Shown here: piece by piece, positions 29,369-41,177 of the stretch
How positions within the stretch are numbered: the first letter of the stretch is position 1
Layout: each line of letters starts with the position of its first letter
NCBI GenBank assembly: GCA_963708025.1
Contig: CAVPSB010000034.1
Span: 32,001-96,000, forward strand
From: an uncultured Candidatus Rokubacteria bacterium
GTDB taxonomy: Bacteria > Methylomirabilota > Methylomirabilia > Rokubacteriales > DASRDR01
Direction of reading: 5' to 3'
Length of the DNA: 64,000 nucleotides
Program-made: the position numbers and the translations under genes
Notes under the pieces: model-generated
Seen by the model: only the letters and a program-made list of their open reading frames with translations
What the model was told of the DNA's origin: nothing
Databases searched by the model: none

Positions 29369-30124
29369 ATGCGACTCGAGGGTCGGTCGGCGATCGTGAC
29401 GGGCGCGGCCAGCGGCCTGGGCCGCGGCATCGCTCGCGCGCTGGCGGCGGAGGGCGCCCGGGTCGCGATCCTCGACGTCGACGAGCCGGGCGCGGCGCAG
29501 ACGGTGGAGCTGATCCGGGATGCCGGGGGCGCCGCGGTGGCCCACCGGACCGACGTGACCCGGCGCGCCGACGTCGAGAGCGCCGTCAACGACGTCCTGA
29601 TGCGCTGGGGTGCGGTGAACGTCCTCGTCAACAACGCAGGGTGGGACCGCCCGATGCCGTTCCTGGAGACCGACGAGGCCTTCTGGGACCGGATCCTCGC
29701 CCTGAACCTCAAGGCGCACTTCCACCTGGCCCAGGTGGTGCTGCCGCACATGATCGGCCAGGGCGGCGGGAAGGTCGTGGCGATCGCCTCGGACGCCGGG
29801 CGCGTCGGGTCGTCCGGCGAGGCCGTCTACTCGGCGGCCAAGGGCGGGGTCATCGCGTTCACCAAGACGCTCGCCCGCGAGATGGCCCGCCACCGGATCA
29901 ACGTGAACTGCGTCTGCCCGGGGCCCTCGGAGACGCCGCTCTTCCAGAGCGAGTTCAGCGCCGGGAAGCCGGGGCTGGCCGACGCGCTGAAGAAGGCCAT
30001 TCCCTGGGGCCGCCTCGGCACGCCGGAGGACGTGGCCGGCGCCGTCGTCTTCCTCGCCTCCGACGAGGCCGACTTCATCACGGGCCAGACCCTCTCCGTC
30101 TCCGGCGGCCTGACCATGGTGTAG
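29369..30124 (+). CDS. Short-chain dehydrogenase (BadH-like)
   Basis: TGAASGLG, NNAGWD, YSAAK, TLSVSGGL. Confidence 0.92.
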   Translation: MRLEGRSAIVTGAASGLGRGIARALAAEGARVAILDVDEPGAAQTVELIRDAGGAAVAHRTDVTRRADVESAVNDVLMRWGAVNVLVNNAGWDRPMPFLETDEAFWDRILALNLKAHFHLAQVVLPHMIGQGGGKVVAIASDAGRVGSSGEAVYSAAKGGVIAFTKTLAREMARHRINVNCVCPGPSETPLFQSEFSAGKPGLADALKKAIPWGRLGTPEDVAGAVVFLASDEADFITGQTLSVSGGLTMV

Positions 30125-30214
30125 CGGGCGGGGCCGATGAGCGTCGCATCGCGTCGTCCTCGGTCGTCGCCGATCCTCGGCGTACTAGGAGTACGCCTGC
30201 GATCGGCGACTCCC

Positions 30215-30265
30215 TGCGTCTGTCGGACGGCCTTCGGCCTGTGGGCGCTGCTCGCTCCTCGGCCC
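30215..30265 (-). repeat. Intergenic repeat family B
   Basis: Reverse complement GCCGAGGAGCGAGCAGCGCCCACAGGCCGAAGGCCGTCCGA is near-identical to 43275-43315. Confidence 0.85.
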
Positions 30266-30416
30266 CGCTGGCGACTCCGCTGGCATGAGTCTTGACGCGT
30301 CAAGGAGCCTCGAAGTCGTCACCCCCTTCACCCCTCGCGTGATTTGCGTGCGTCCACGAGCGCTGAATCCGGTAGCCGGCCCCGGGACGGTCGTCTGGTC
30401 GCGGGCTGACCGGGGG

Positions 30417-32470
<2,054 letters not shown>

Positions 32471-32474
32471 AGGA

Positions 32475-33989
32475 TCACACCACCGAGACGGCGGCGGCCG
32501 GCCGGCGCGCCGACCCGTCGAGGCGACGCCGGGCGGCCTGGAGGGCCTGGCCGAGCCGCCGGATGCCCTCCGCGATCGTGCGGGGCTCGAGCGAGGCGAA
32601 GCAGAGCCGGATGTGATCGTGTCCGCCGCCCCCCGGGGTGAACTGCGGTCCCGGCCGGATCGCGACCCCGTGTTCGCCGGCCTCCGGGAGCAGCTCGGCC
32701 GTGGTCAACGGGGCCGGGAGCTGGGCCCAGAGGTAGTAGCCGCCCGAGGGGATCCGGTAGCGGAGCTCGGGGCAGTGCTCGTGCAGTGAGGCGACGAGCT
32801 GGTCGCGACGGGTGCGGCACTCGGCGCGGAGCACCGAGAGGTGTCGCTCGAGGTGCGGTCCTTCCATGAAGGCCGCCGCGAGCCGCTGGGTCAGCGCCGG
32901 CGAGTGGAGGTCGAGGAACTCCTTGGCAGCCGTGAGTGCCCCCATCGCGTCGGGCGGTGCCACCAGCCAGCCGACCCGGAGCCCCGGGACCGCGATCTTC
33001 GAGAAGCTGCCCATGTACACCACGACCTCGCCGGCATCGAGCGCCTTCAGGCGTGGCGGCGGCGGCTCCTCGAAGAAGATCTCGCCGTAGAGGTCGCTCT
33101 CGACGACCGGGACCCGGTACCGGGCGGCCAGCTCGAGGACCCGGCGGCGCCGCTCACGGCCGAGGACGGCGCCGGTCGGGTTGTGGAACGTCGGGATCAG
33201 GTAGACGAGCTTCGGGCGGTAGCGCTCGATGGCCTCTTCCAGCGCGTCGGGCTGGATGCCCTCGTGATCGATCGGCACCCCGACGACCTCCGCGCCCGCC
33301 CACCGGAACGCGACCAGCGCGCACTGGAAGGTGGTGCTCTCGGTCAGCACCACGTCCCCCGGTGCCACGAAGGCCCGGGCCAATACGTTGATCCCCTGCT
33401 GGGCGCCGGACGTGATCACCACCTGGTCCGGCTCCGTCCGGATCCCGCGCGACCCGAGCCAGCCGGCCAGTGCTTCCCGCAGGTGCGGGTCGCCGGACGG
33501 GGGCGCGGAGAGGTAGAGCTCGGCGCTGCCGCGGCCGGGCAGCCGGTCGAGGAGCCCGTCGAGCGCCTCGACGGGGTAGAGCGTCGGATCCGGCCAGCCG
33601 CTGTCGAAGGCGATGACGTCGGCCCGGGGCCGGGGGATCCCGAACGACAGCGGTGCCGCCCGGAGGGCGAGCGCCGAGGCGCGCTGGGCCCAGGGCAGCG
33701 CCGTTCTGCGCGATCCCGTGGGGGCGCCGACGACCACCGTTCCCCGGCCCACGTGGCCGCGCAGGAGTCCGCGGGCCTCCAGCTCCTGGTAGGCTCCGGT
33801 CACGGTGGTGCGGCTCACTCCCAGGTCCGCCGCCAGGGTCCGCTCGGCCGGAAGCCGCTCGCCGACGCGCAGCCGCCCGGCCCGGATCCCGTCCTCGATG
33901 GCGTGGACCACCTGGAGATAAAGGGCTTCTGGGGCGCGGGGATCGGGGCGGGGGATGGGCGGCTCGTCCGGGTGGAGGCGTCGAGGCAT
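32475..33989 (-). CDS. MocR/GabR-family PLP-dependent GntR regulator
   Basis: wHTH 'LPAERTLAADLGVSRTTV' plus aminotransferase domain 'GSFSKIAVPGLRVGW'. Confidence 0.93.
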   Translation of the reverse strand: MPRRLHPDEPPIPRPDPRAPEALYLQVVHAIEDGIRAGRLRVGERLPAERTLAADLGVSRTTVTGAYQELEARGLLRGHVGRGTVVVGAPTGSRRTALPWAQRASALALRAAPLSFGIPRPRADVIAFDSGWPDPTLYPVEALDGLLDRLPGRGSAELYLSAPPSGDPHLREALAGWLGSRGIRTEPDQVVITSGAQQGINVLARAFVAPGDVVLTESTTFQCALVAFRWAGAEVVGVPIDHEGIQPDALEEAIERYRPKLVYLIPTFHNPTGAVLGRERRRRVLELAARYRVPVVESDLYGEIFFEEPPPPRLKALDAGEVVVYMGSFSKIAVPGLRVGWLVAPPDAMGALTAAKEFLDLHSPALTQRLAAAFMEGPHLERHLSVLRAECRTRRDQLVASLHEHCPELRYRIPSGGYYLWAQLPAPLTTAELLPEAGEHGVAIRPGPQFTPGGGGHDHIRLCFASLEPRTIAEGIRRLGQALQAARRRLDGSARRPAAAVSVV

Positions 33990-34097
33990 GGCGGCTCTCC
34001 TATTAAGGCCAATTGGCTAGATTGGATATTGCCACTGAAGGCCACGATACCATAACCTGACGCCAGAGTCAGTCGGGGACTCCAGGAGGAACGAGCC

Positions 34098-34301
34098 ATG
34101 AACGAGTACCTGACCATGTACCTGGCCCGGGAGCGCTACGAGCGGGTGCGCGAGTTCGCCGCCCGGCAAGCCCTGCTGCGGGACATCGCGCCGCCCCGCC
34201 GGCCACTCCGGATCCGGCTCGGCGAGGGTCTGATCCGGGCGGGCCACTTTCTTCTGCGCCGGGCGCCGGAGTGGGCGACCGAGCCACGACATTCCAGCTG
34301 A
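34098..34301 (+). CDS. Small hypothetical protein
   Basis: AGGAGG RBS, 67 aa, divergent from MocR. Confidence 0.65.
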   Translation: MNEYLTMYLARERYERVREFAARQALLRDIAPPRRPLRIRLGEGLIRAGHFLLRRAPEWATEPRHSS

Positions 34302-34313
34302 AAGGGGGCGTCG

Positions 34314-34724
34314 ATGGACCAGGCGCTGCGCGACGTCGCCATCCTGGTCGCGATCCTGACCGTCGGTGTGGGGCCGGTCGCCGTTCTGATCGGTCTCCTC
34401 AACTGGCGTGATCGGCGGGAGGCCGCGCTGTTCAGGGCCGCCTGTGCCGCGTTCTCGGCCCAGGCGCTGCGGAGCGACGTCGCGGTGCGGGTCCGCTGCG
34501 GGCTCGTGGCCCGCCGGAGCGTGGTCAGCGTCAACCTGCGGGCTTGCACGCCGGCCGAGTTCTGGGAGGCCATGACGCGGCTCCGCCAGAAGCTGCCGCC
34601 CTCGGCGCGCCTGCGGCTGGACGGGACGATGGGGCGCGCCTTCCGCACGCGGCTGACCGTGGAGCGCATGGACGCCCCCGCCGAGCTGGTCCGGGCGTCG
34701 GTCGGCGGCATCGCCGCCTACTGA
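34314..34724 (+). CDS. Hypothetical membrane-anchored protein
   Basis: N-terminal TM helix; follows the small ORF. Confidence 0.6.
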   Translation: MDQALRDVAILVAILTVGVGPVAVLIGLLNWRDRREAALFRAACAAFSAQALRSDVAVRVRCGLVARRSVVSVNLRACTPAEFWEAMTRLRQKLPPSARLRLDGTMGRAFRTRLTVERMDAPAELVRASVGGIAAY

Positions 34725-34819
34725 GAGCGTGTGAAGGGATGGGGGTCCTCCGGCTCCCCCCTCCCCCGGTGGGTGGGGGAGGGGGGTTGGGGGGGTGGGC
34801 GGGAGGTCCCGAACTGAGA
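34721..34819 (+). repeat. Intergenic repeat family A flanked by CTGAGA direct repeats
   Basis: CTGAGA at 34721-34726 and 34814-34819; G-tract core. Confidence 0.9.
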
Positions 34820-34924
34820 ACATCGGGGGAGAACGCGTCCGCCCGTTCAACCGCGCGCTCCGGGTTCCCTCGCAGCAGCTCTGGCGCCGCTGAGGCGCTG
34901 ATCGAGCCGACTGCCGGGACGGGC

Positions 34925-35814
34925 TCAGAGACCGGCGGTGGCGGTAGCGCGGCTGAGGTAGTCGAAGCCCATCCGGGCGTAGGTCAGGGGATGGGCGACG
35001 GCCGGGTCCTGCTCGGCCTCGACCACCAGCCAGCCGGAGTACGCCGGCGGCTTTCAGGATCGAGAGCAGGGCGGGGTAGTCCACGCAGCCGTCGCCCGGC
35101 ACCGTGAAGACGCCGGCGACCACCGCGTCGAGAAAGCTCTGATCCCGCCGCCGCGCGTCCGCGAGGACGGCGGGCCGGACGTCCTTGCAGTGGACGTGGA
35201 CGATGCGCCGGGCGTGCCGGCGCGCGACCGCGGCCACGTCCGCGCCGGCGTAGGTCAGGTGCCCGGTGTCGAGGAGGAGGCCGACGGCCTCGCCGGTCGC
35301 CGCCATCAGCCGGTCGATCTCCTCCGCGGTCTCCACCACGGTGCCCATGTGGTGGTGGTACGCGAGGCGGACGCCGCGCGCGACGAGACGCTCCGCGACC
35401 TCGGTGAGCGCCTCGCCGAACTGGCGCCACCCGGCGTCGGCCAGCCGGGGCCGCCCCGAGAGCGGGACGTCCCGGGCGCCCTGGACGCTGTCGCTGGTCT
35501 CGGCGAAGACCATCACCGGCGAGCCCATCTCGGCCAGCAGGGTCAGGTGATCCTCGACCGCGGCCAGCTCCTCCTTCGCCGAGCGCCGCGCGCAGCTCGG
35601 CCCCGTACCAGCCGGAGACGAGCGCCAGGCCGTGGCGGGCGAGGATCGGCCGCAGCTCCCCGGCGCGCCGGGGGAACTTCCGGCCCAGCTCGATCCCCGC
35701 ATACCCTGCCGACCGCGCCTCGGCGAGGCAGACCTCGAGCGGCGTCTCCTCCCCCAGCTCGAGGAGGTCATCGTTGGTCCAGCCGATCGGGTTGACGCCG
35801 ATCCGCACCGCCAC
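34925..35814 (-). CDS. iolE: Myo-inosose-2 dehydratase, frameshifts near 35590 and 35045
   Basis: '[11 protein letters not shown]', 'YHHHMGT', 'HVHCKD', 'GVFTVPGDG', 'VVEAEQDP' distributed across frames. Confidence 0.9.
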
Positions 35815-35815
35815 G

Positions 35816-37657
35816 CTATCCTCCCAGCCGCTGGCGGCGCCGTCCCTCGACCCAGCGCGCGTGCGCGTCGCGGACCTCGGCACGCGCCGAGACCTCCGGC
35901 ACCGGCACGTCCCACCAGGCGCCGCCGGCCTGCGTCGGCGTGGTCGGGTCGGTCTCGATCACGACGACCGTCGTCCGGTCGGCGCGCTTCGCGCGGGCCA
36001 GGGCCGCCTCGAGATCGGCGATCGACTTCACCTGCTCGGCGGCGGCGCCCAGGCTCCGCGCGTGGCCGGCGAAGTCGATGGCCGGCGGCGGGCCATCCTC
36101 GCCGAGGAGGTTGTTGAACGCCGCCCCCCCGGATGCCTGCTGGAGCCGGTGGATGCAGCCGTAGCCGTGGTTGTCGAGGACGACGACGACGAGCTTCGAT
36201 CCCGTCGCGACCGACGTCGCGAGCTCCGAGTTCAGCATCAGGTAGCTGCCGTCCCCGACCATGACGAAGACCTCGCGCTCCGGCAGCGCCAGCTTCACCC
36301 CGAGCCCGCCCGCGATCTCGTAGCCCATGCAGGAGTAGCCGTACTCGAGGTGGTAGCCCTTCGGGTCCCGGGTCCGCCACAGCTTGTGCAGCTCGCCCGG
36401 CAGCCCGCCGGCCGCGCACACCACGACGTCGCGGGGGCCGGCCGCGCGGTTGACGGCGCCGATCACCTGGCCCTCGGTGGGCGGCACCCGGTCGCTGGCC
36501 GCGGTGGCGGCGTCCACCGCGCGGGTCCAGTCGGCGGTCAGGCGCCGCGCGGAGGCGATCCACGCCTCGGGCGCGCGCCAGCCGCCGAGGGCCGCGGTCA
36601 GGTCGCCGAGCCCGCGCCGGCCGTCGCCGACCAGCGGGAGGGCCCCGTGCTTTCGCGCGTCGAAGGCCGCGACGTTCAGGCCGATCAGGGCGACGTCCGG
36701 ATGCTGGAAGAGCGCCCGGGAGCCGGTCGCGAAGTCGCCGAGCCGCGTCCCGACCGCGAGGACGACGTCGGCCTCGACGGCGAGCGCGTTGGCGGCGCTC
36801 GAGCCGGTCACGCCGATCGAGCCGACCGCGCAGGGGTGGTCCCAGGGGAGCGCGCCCTTGCCCGCCTGGGTCTCGGCGACCGGGATGGCGTGGCGCTCGG
36901 CGAACTCGCGGAGCGCGTCCCAGGCGAAGGAGTAGTGGACGCCGCCGCCCGCCACGACGAGGGGCCGGCTCGCGCGGCGCAGCCGCTCGGCCGCCGCCGC
37001 CAGCTGCCCCGGATCCGGGCCGGGCCGGCGGGACCGGTGGACGCGCGGCTCGAAGAAGGCCAGCGGGTAGTCGAACGCCTCGGCCTGGACGTCCTGGGGA
37101 AGCGCCAGCGTCACCGGGCCGCACGCCGCGGGATCCACGAGCGTGTCGATGGCGGCGGGGAGGCTCGCCAGGAGCTGCTCGGGGCGGGTGATCCGGTCCC
37201 AGTAGCGCGAGACCGGGCGGAGGCAGTCGTTGGCGCTCACCGTCGGGTCCCCGAAATTCTCTACCTGTTGCAGGACCGGGTCGGGGCGGCGGGAGGCGAA
37301 GATGTCGCCGGGCAGGAGCAGGACCGGCAGGCGGTTCACGTGGGCGACGGCGGCGGCGGTGACCAGGTTGGTGGCGCCGGGGCCGATCGAGGTCGTGCAC
37401 GCCATGACGCGCCGGCGCGCGTGGGCCTTGGCGAAGGCGATGGCAGCGAGGGCCATCGCTTGCTCGTTGTGGGCGCGCAGCGTCGGCAGCTCGGCTCGCG
37501 CACCCCACAGCGCCTCGCCGAGCCCCGCCACGTTGCCGTGGCCGAAGATGGCCCACACCCCGGCGAAGAGTGGGACCTTGCGGCCGTCGACCTCGCTCCG
37601 CTGAGCGGCGAGATGGCGGACCAGCGCCTGGGCCATCGTGAGCCGAACGGTGCTCAT
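35816..37657 (-). CDS. iolD: 3D-(3,5/4)-trihydroxycyclohexane-1,2-dione acylhydrolase (ThDP)
   Basis: 'AIFGHGNVAG', 'PDPVLQQ', 'EYGYSCMGYEI', GDGS, 'WWDVPVPE'. Confidence 0.95.
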   Translation of the reverse strand: MSTVRLTMAQALVRHLAAQRSEVDGRKVPLFAGVWAIFGHGNVAGLGEALWGARAELPTLRAHNEQAMALAAIAFAKAHARRRVMACTTSIGPGATNLVTAAAVAHVNRLPVLLLPGDIFASRRPDPVLQQVENFGDPTVSANDCLRPVSRYWDRITRPEQLLASLPAAIDTLVDPAACGPVTLALPQDVQAEAFDYPLAFFEPRVHRSRRPGPDPGQLAAAAERLRRASRPLVVAGGGVHYSFAWDALREFAERHAIPVAETQAGKGALPWDHPCAVGSIGVTGSSAANALAVEADVVLAVGTRLGDFATGSRALFQHPDVALIGLNVAAFDARKHGALPLVGDGRRGLGDLTAALGGWRAPEAWIASARRLTADWTRAVDAATAASDRVPPTEGQVIGAVNRAAGPRDVVVCAAGGLPGELHKLWRTRDPKGYHLEYGYSCMGYEIAGGLGVKLALPEREVFVMVGDGSYLMLNSELATSVATGSKLVVVVLDNHGYGCIHRLQQASGGAAFNNLLGEDGPPPAIDFAGHARSLGAAAEQVKSIADLEAALARAKRADRTTVVVIETDPTTPTQAGGAWWDVPVPEVSARAEVRDAHARWVEGRRRQRLGG

Positions 37658-37934
37658 CGCCTGCACTCCTTCACGTCCGATATGGTGCCGGCCTCGGGTC
37701 CGGCTTGACCGCTCCCGTGCGCGGTGCTAGCGTCGCCGATGCTAAATGGTTATCGCAGAGCGCGTCAAGCGCCCGTCTCGAAGGGGCTTCATCCGAGCTG
37801 AATCACCGAGGGGGACGTCGAGGACGTCGTGGCGGCGGTGGGTAAGGTCGCGGGTGCGATCCTGTAGCAGGATGGCATGACGGAGCGCGACCGAAGCAGG
37901 GTGCCGGAGATCGGGGTCGACGCCGCGGATTGAT

Positions 37935-38786
37935 ATGATGGCGGACTGGATGCGAGGGCTCGGGCGCGAGACGGTGGCGGCGGTGCAGGCGGCGCGGACC
38001 GCCGGGCGGATCCTGCTGGCCGAGTTCGGGCACGTGCGTCGGGTCTGGCGCAAGAGCCCGCGCGACCTGGTGACGTCGGCCGACCTGGCGTCCGAGCGGT
38101 GCATCGAGGGTCTGCTGTCCGCACGGTTCCCGGCCATCGGCTTCCTCGGCGAGGAAGGCGGCCGGCGAGGCGCGGCCGGGGCGGACCACTGGATCGTCGA
38201 TCCGCTCGACGGCACCACGAGCTTCGTCGCCGGGCTGCCGACGTTCGCCGTGTGCATCGCGCTGGCTCGAGGCGGACGCATCGAGAGCGGCGTGACCTTC
38301 CTGCCACGGCTCGGGGAGCTCCTGGTGGCCCAGCGGGGGCGGGGCGCGTTCCTGAACGGCCGCCGGCTCCGCGTGTCGCGGACGGCGCGGCTGGGCGACG
38401 CCGTGCTCTCGCTCTGGCACGACCCTTCGGTGTGGACGGACCGCCCGCTGCGCGACCGGCTGGCCGGGCTCGGGGAGCGCGCCCGGAGCGTCCGCAGCGA
38501 GGGCGCCGGCTTCTCCCTGGCGTACGTGGCGGCCGGTCGGCTCGACGCCTACTGGGAGCAGGATGCCTGGCCGTGGGACCTGGCGGCCGGCGCGCTCCTC
38601 GTCGCCGAGGCGGGGGGGCGGGTGACGGACGACGCGGGACGGCCGCTCGACCTCGGGCAGCGCACGATCCTCGCCACCAACGGCCGACTCCATCGCGCCA
38701 TCCTGGGCCATCTCGCGCGGAAGGAGGTGCGCGGCAGGTCGGCCAGTCGGGCGCGAATTTCCAGGCCTACTGGCAGAAGTACGTGA
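37935..38786 (+). CDS. Inositol monophosphatase family protein
   Basis: [18 protein letters not shown]. Confidence 0.92.
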   Translation: MMADWMRGLGRETVAAVQAARTAGRILLAEFGHVRRVWRKSPRDLVTSADLASERCIEGLLSARFPAIGFLGEEGGRRGAAGADHWIVDPLDGTTSFVAGLPTFAVCIALARGGRIESGVTFLPRLGELLVAQRGRGAFLNGRRLRVSRTARLGDAVLSLWHDPSVWTDRPLRDRLAGLGERARSVRSEGAGFSLAYVAAGRLDAYWEQDAWPWDLAAGALLVAEAGGRVTDDAGRPLDLGQRTILATNGRLHRAILGHLARKEVRGRSASRARISRPTGRST

Positions 38787-39467
38787 TCCCGTCCGTGAAG
38801 CAGGCGCTGGGCGTGAACCTCCGGTACTTGGTGACGAGCGACGCCGAGCAGATCCAGAAGGCGAAGGCGTGGGGGTCCGGTCAGGGCGACGTCCACGTCC
38901 TGTTCCTCAAGTCGGTCGCCGGAGGTGATGAAGAACACGCTGATCATCGGCCTCCTCGCGGTCCTCCTGAGCACGGCCATCGGCATCGGCGCCGGCTGGG
39001 CCTTCGGGCGGCGGCGGATCCCGGGCAAGGAGCCGGTGCTGGCGATGCTCCTCCTGCCCCAGAGTCCCGTCCATCACCTACGCCCTCGGGGTGGCCAAGA
39101 CGTTCTACGCGCTGCGGCTCGTCGACACCCACGTCGCGGTGGTGCTGGCCCACGTCTCGGTGTGCGCCCCCTACGCGATCGTGGTGCTGGCCGCGACCTT
39201 CGAGCGGCTCGACGAGCGGGTGCTGGAGGCGGCCAGCGTCTGCGGGGCGAGCGCGCTGCGGAGCTTCGAGTTCACGCTGACCGTGCTGACCTACGGGCCG
39301 CACACCGTGATGCTGCCGGTGCGGACCTACCTGGCGGTCGGCGACGGCTACTGGGAGATCACCAGCGCGATGGCGGTGCTGATGGTCGTCCCCTCGCTGG
39401 CCATCCTGGCCGTCATCCAGCGCCGGACCCAGCCGGAGCGGCTGATCGGCGGCTCAAGGGCGTGTGA
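38744..39467 (+). pseudogene. Collapsed ABC importer remnant (substrate-binding fragment joined to a frameshifted, internally deleted permease)
   Basis: '[16 protein letters not shown]...DVHVLF' abuts 'KNTLIIG...LLLPQ'; '[14 protein letters not shown]' runs directly into 'EFTLT'. Confidence 0.7.
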
Positions 39468-39479
39468 GGGGCGGCTGGC

Positions 39480-39725
39480 TCAGTCGGAGTAGAAGAAGGG
39501 GCGCAGGATGTCCTCGGCGATGAAGCGAGAGGCCTGCCGGAGGATCGTCCGGCACGTACCCGTGTCCAGCTCGGAGTGTGTGGGTATGGTCAGGGTCTGG
39601 GTCGTGCCGTCCGGGAGCTGCCGCCGCAGCTTGGCGTGGCTCCCGCGCTGGGAGTGTGTCGTGAAGCCAAAGCGGCCGAGAATCGCGATGATCTCCGCGC
39701 CCGAAAGGCGGCGGAGCCTAGGCAT
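39480..39725 (-). CDS. hicA: HicA family toxin
   Basis: 'LGRFGF...QRGSH...TIPTH..L..GT...ILRQA'. Confidence 0.92.
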   Translation of the reverse strand: MPRLRRLSGAEIIAILGRFGFTTHSQRGSHAKLRRQLPDGTTQTLTIPTHSELDTGTCRTILRQASRFIAEDILRPFFYSD

Positions 39726-39948
39726 GCGAAGGAATCAACTCCAGCGTGACGAGGATGGTGGGATCGGGAGCGAGGCCCAGTGCCCCGAGATCCTCGCCCG
39801 AGAGATGCAGCTCGACAGCCTCCCTCAGGTTCCGGGTCACCTCGTCGAGCGTGGCGCCCTGGGTGACAACGGCTATCTCGAGGCACTCCGCGACGTATCC
39901 CGATTGGTTTCCGGGTCGGATCACGGCCTTGATCGTTCGCTGGAGCAT
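39718..39948 (-). CDS. hicB: HicB family antitoxin (short, no DNA-binding domain)
   Basis: 'GYVAEC...TQGATLDEVTRNLREAVELHL'; GGAGG RBS; overlaps hicA. Confidence 0.9.
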   Translation of the reverse strand: MLQRTIKAVIRPGNQSGYVAECLEIAVVTQGATLDEVTRNLREAVELHLSGEDLGALGLAPDPTILVTLELIPSHA

Positions 39949-40032
39949 CGTCGCCTCCACATCGTCGGACATCGGTTCGTATCGTACCGGGGACGGCCAG
40001 AGGTCTGCAAGCATTCCCGGCCGCGGTCGGCG

Positions 40033-40401
40033 ATGGCCTGCGTCGAGGCGTACATGATGAAGCCGGCGTTCCTGTACCCGACCGCGACCGCCCTCCGGCC
40101 GGTGTTCGAGCGGGCCCTCGGGATCCTGCCGAACGGCGGGCCGGGGGGGTTCGTCAACGTGGCCGTCGGGCGGGTCAACGTCTACCTGGCCTGGCAGGAA
40201 GCCCTGACCGAGGTGTTCTCCGGCGTCTACATCGCGGAGCGCGCGGGCTGTGTCGTCAGCGGCTGGGACGGCGCCCCCGTGCGGTTCTGCCCGGACATCC
40301 ACGCGCTGCACAGCCTGGTGTGCAGCGCCAACCCCCGCCTGCACGGCGAAGTGCTCCGGGCGCTCCGGGGCATTCCGCCGCCGAAAGGATCGTTGCCATG
40401 A
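40033..40401 (+). pseudogene. C-terminal fragment of an inositol monophosphatase/FIG-superfamily protein
   Basis: 'VAVGRVNVY...IAERAGCVVSGWDG...ANPRLH'; N-terminal DPxDGT half absent. Confidence 0.6.
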
Positions 40402-41165
40402 GGCTCGGCTGCATCTGCGGCTGCTTCAACCGCTCGTTCGACGCCGGCCGGATGGATCAGTTCCGGTTCCTCGAGCGCTGCGCGCGTGACTTCGAGGTGA
40501 AGGGGGCAGAGCTGCAGGATATCCACTTCCCGCAGACGCGCCCGGCCTACCTGAAACGCCTCCGCCAGGCGGCGACTGACCTCGGCCTGGCGCTCATCGG
40601 CATCGGCGTCCACAACGACTTCGGCCACGCCGACAGCACGTGGCGCCAGAGCGAGATCGTGAAGGTCAAGCAGTGGGTCGAGGTGGCCGGCGAGATCGGC
40701 GCCGGCCACGTCCGCGTCTTCGCCGGCCACCCCCAGGGGCCGGTGAGCGAGCGGTGGCCGGCCATGATCGCGGCGCTCCAGGAGGTGGCCGGCTACGCGG
40801 CGGAGTCCGGCATCCGGCTGGCGCTCGAGAACGAGGCCGGCTTCACGCCGTCCGCCGCCGAGCACCTCCGCATCGTGGAGGAGGTCGGCTCGCCGGCCCT
40901 GCGCCCCCTGCTCGACACCGGCAACTACCGGGACGGCTGGCCCTCGGTGGAGCGGGCGGCGCCGCACGCCGCCCACGTCCACGCCAAGTTCTGGCAGGTG
41001 GACCCGTCCGGCGCCGAGCCGACGATGGACTACCCCGCGCTCCTGGCCGGACTGCGGCGGCGCGGCTACGACGGCTGGATCAGCTTCGAGTACGAGGCGG
41101 CCGAGGACGAGGCGACCGGCATCCCGCGCGCCTTCGCGTACCTGCGGCGGCTCGTCGCCGCCTGA
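40398..41165 (+). CDS. Sugar phosphate isomerase/epimerase (xylose isomerase-like TIM barrel)
   Basis: 'LALENE', 'LDTGN', 'HVHAK', 'ISFEYE'. Confidence 0.88.
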   Translation: MRLGCICGCFNRSFDAGRMDQFRFLERCARDFEVKGAELQDIHFPQTRPAYLKRLRQAATDLGLALIGIGVHNDFGHADSTWRQSEIVKVKQWVEVAGEIGAGHVRVFAGHPQGPVSERWPAMIAALQEVAGYAAESGIRLALENEAGFTPSAAEHLRIVEEVGSPALRPLLDTGNYRDGWPSVERAAPHAAHVHAKFWQVDPSGAEPTMDYPALLAGLRRRGYDGWISFEYEAAEDEATGIPRAFAYLRRLVAA

Positions 41166-41177
41166 GGAAGGAGAGTC

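Noticed and set aside
34017-37556. 1179-aa ORF and other long Arg/Pro/Gly-rich alternative-frame ORFs
   Set aside because: Shadow ORFs of high-GC genes, partly joined through frameshifts (this one includes part of iolE)
39455-39470. AGGGCGTGTGAG as another family A repeat start
   Set aside because: Explained by the permease C-terminus (LKGV-stop); the rest of the element is absent
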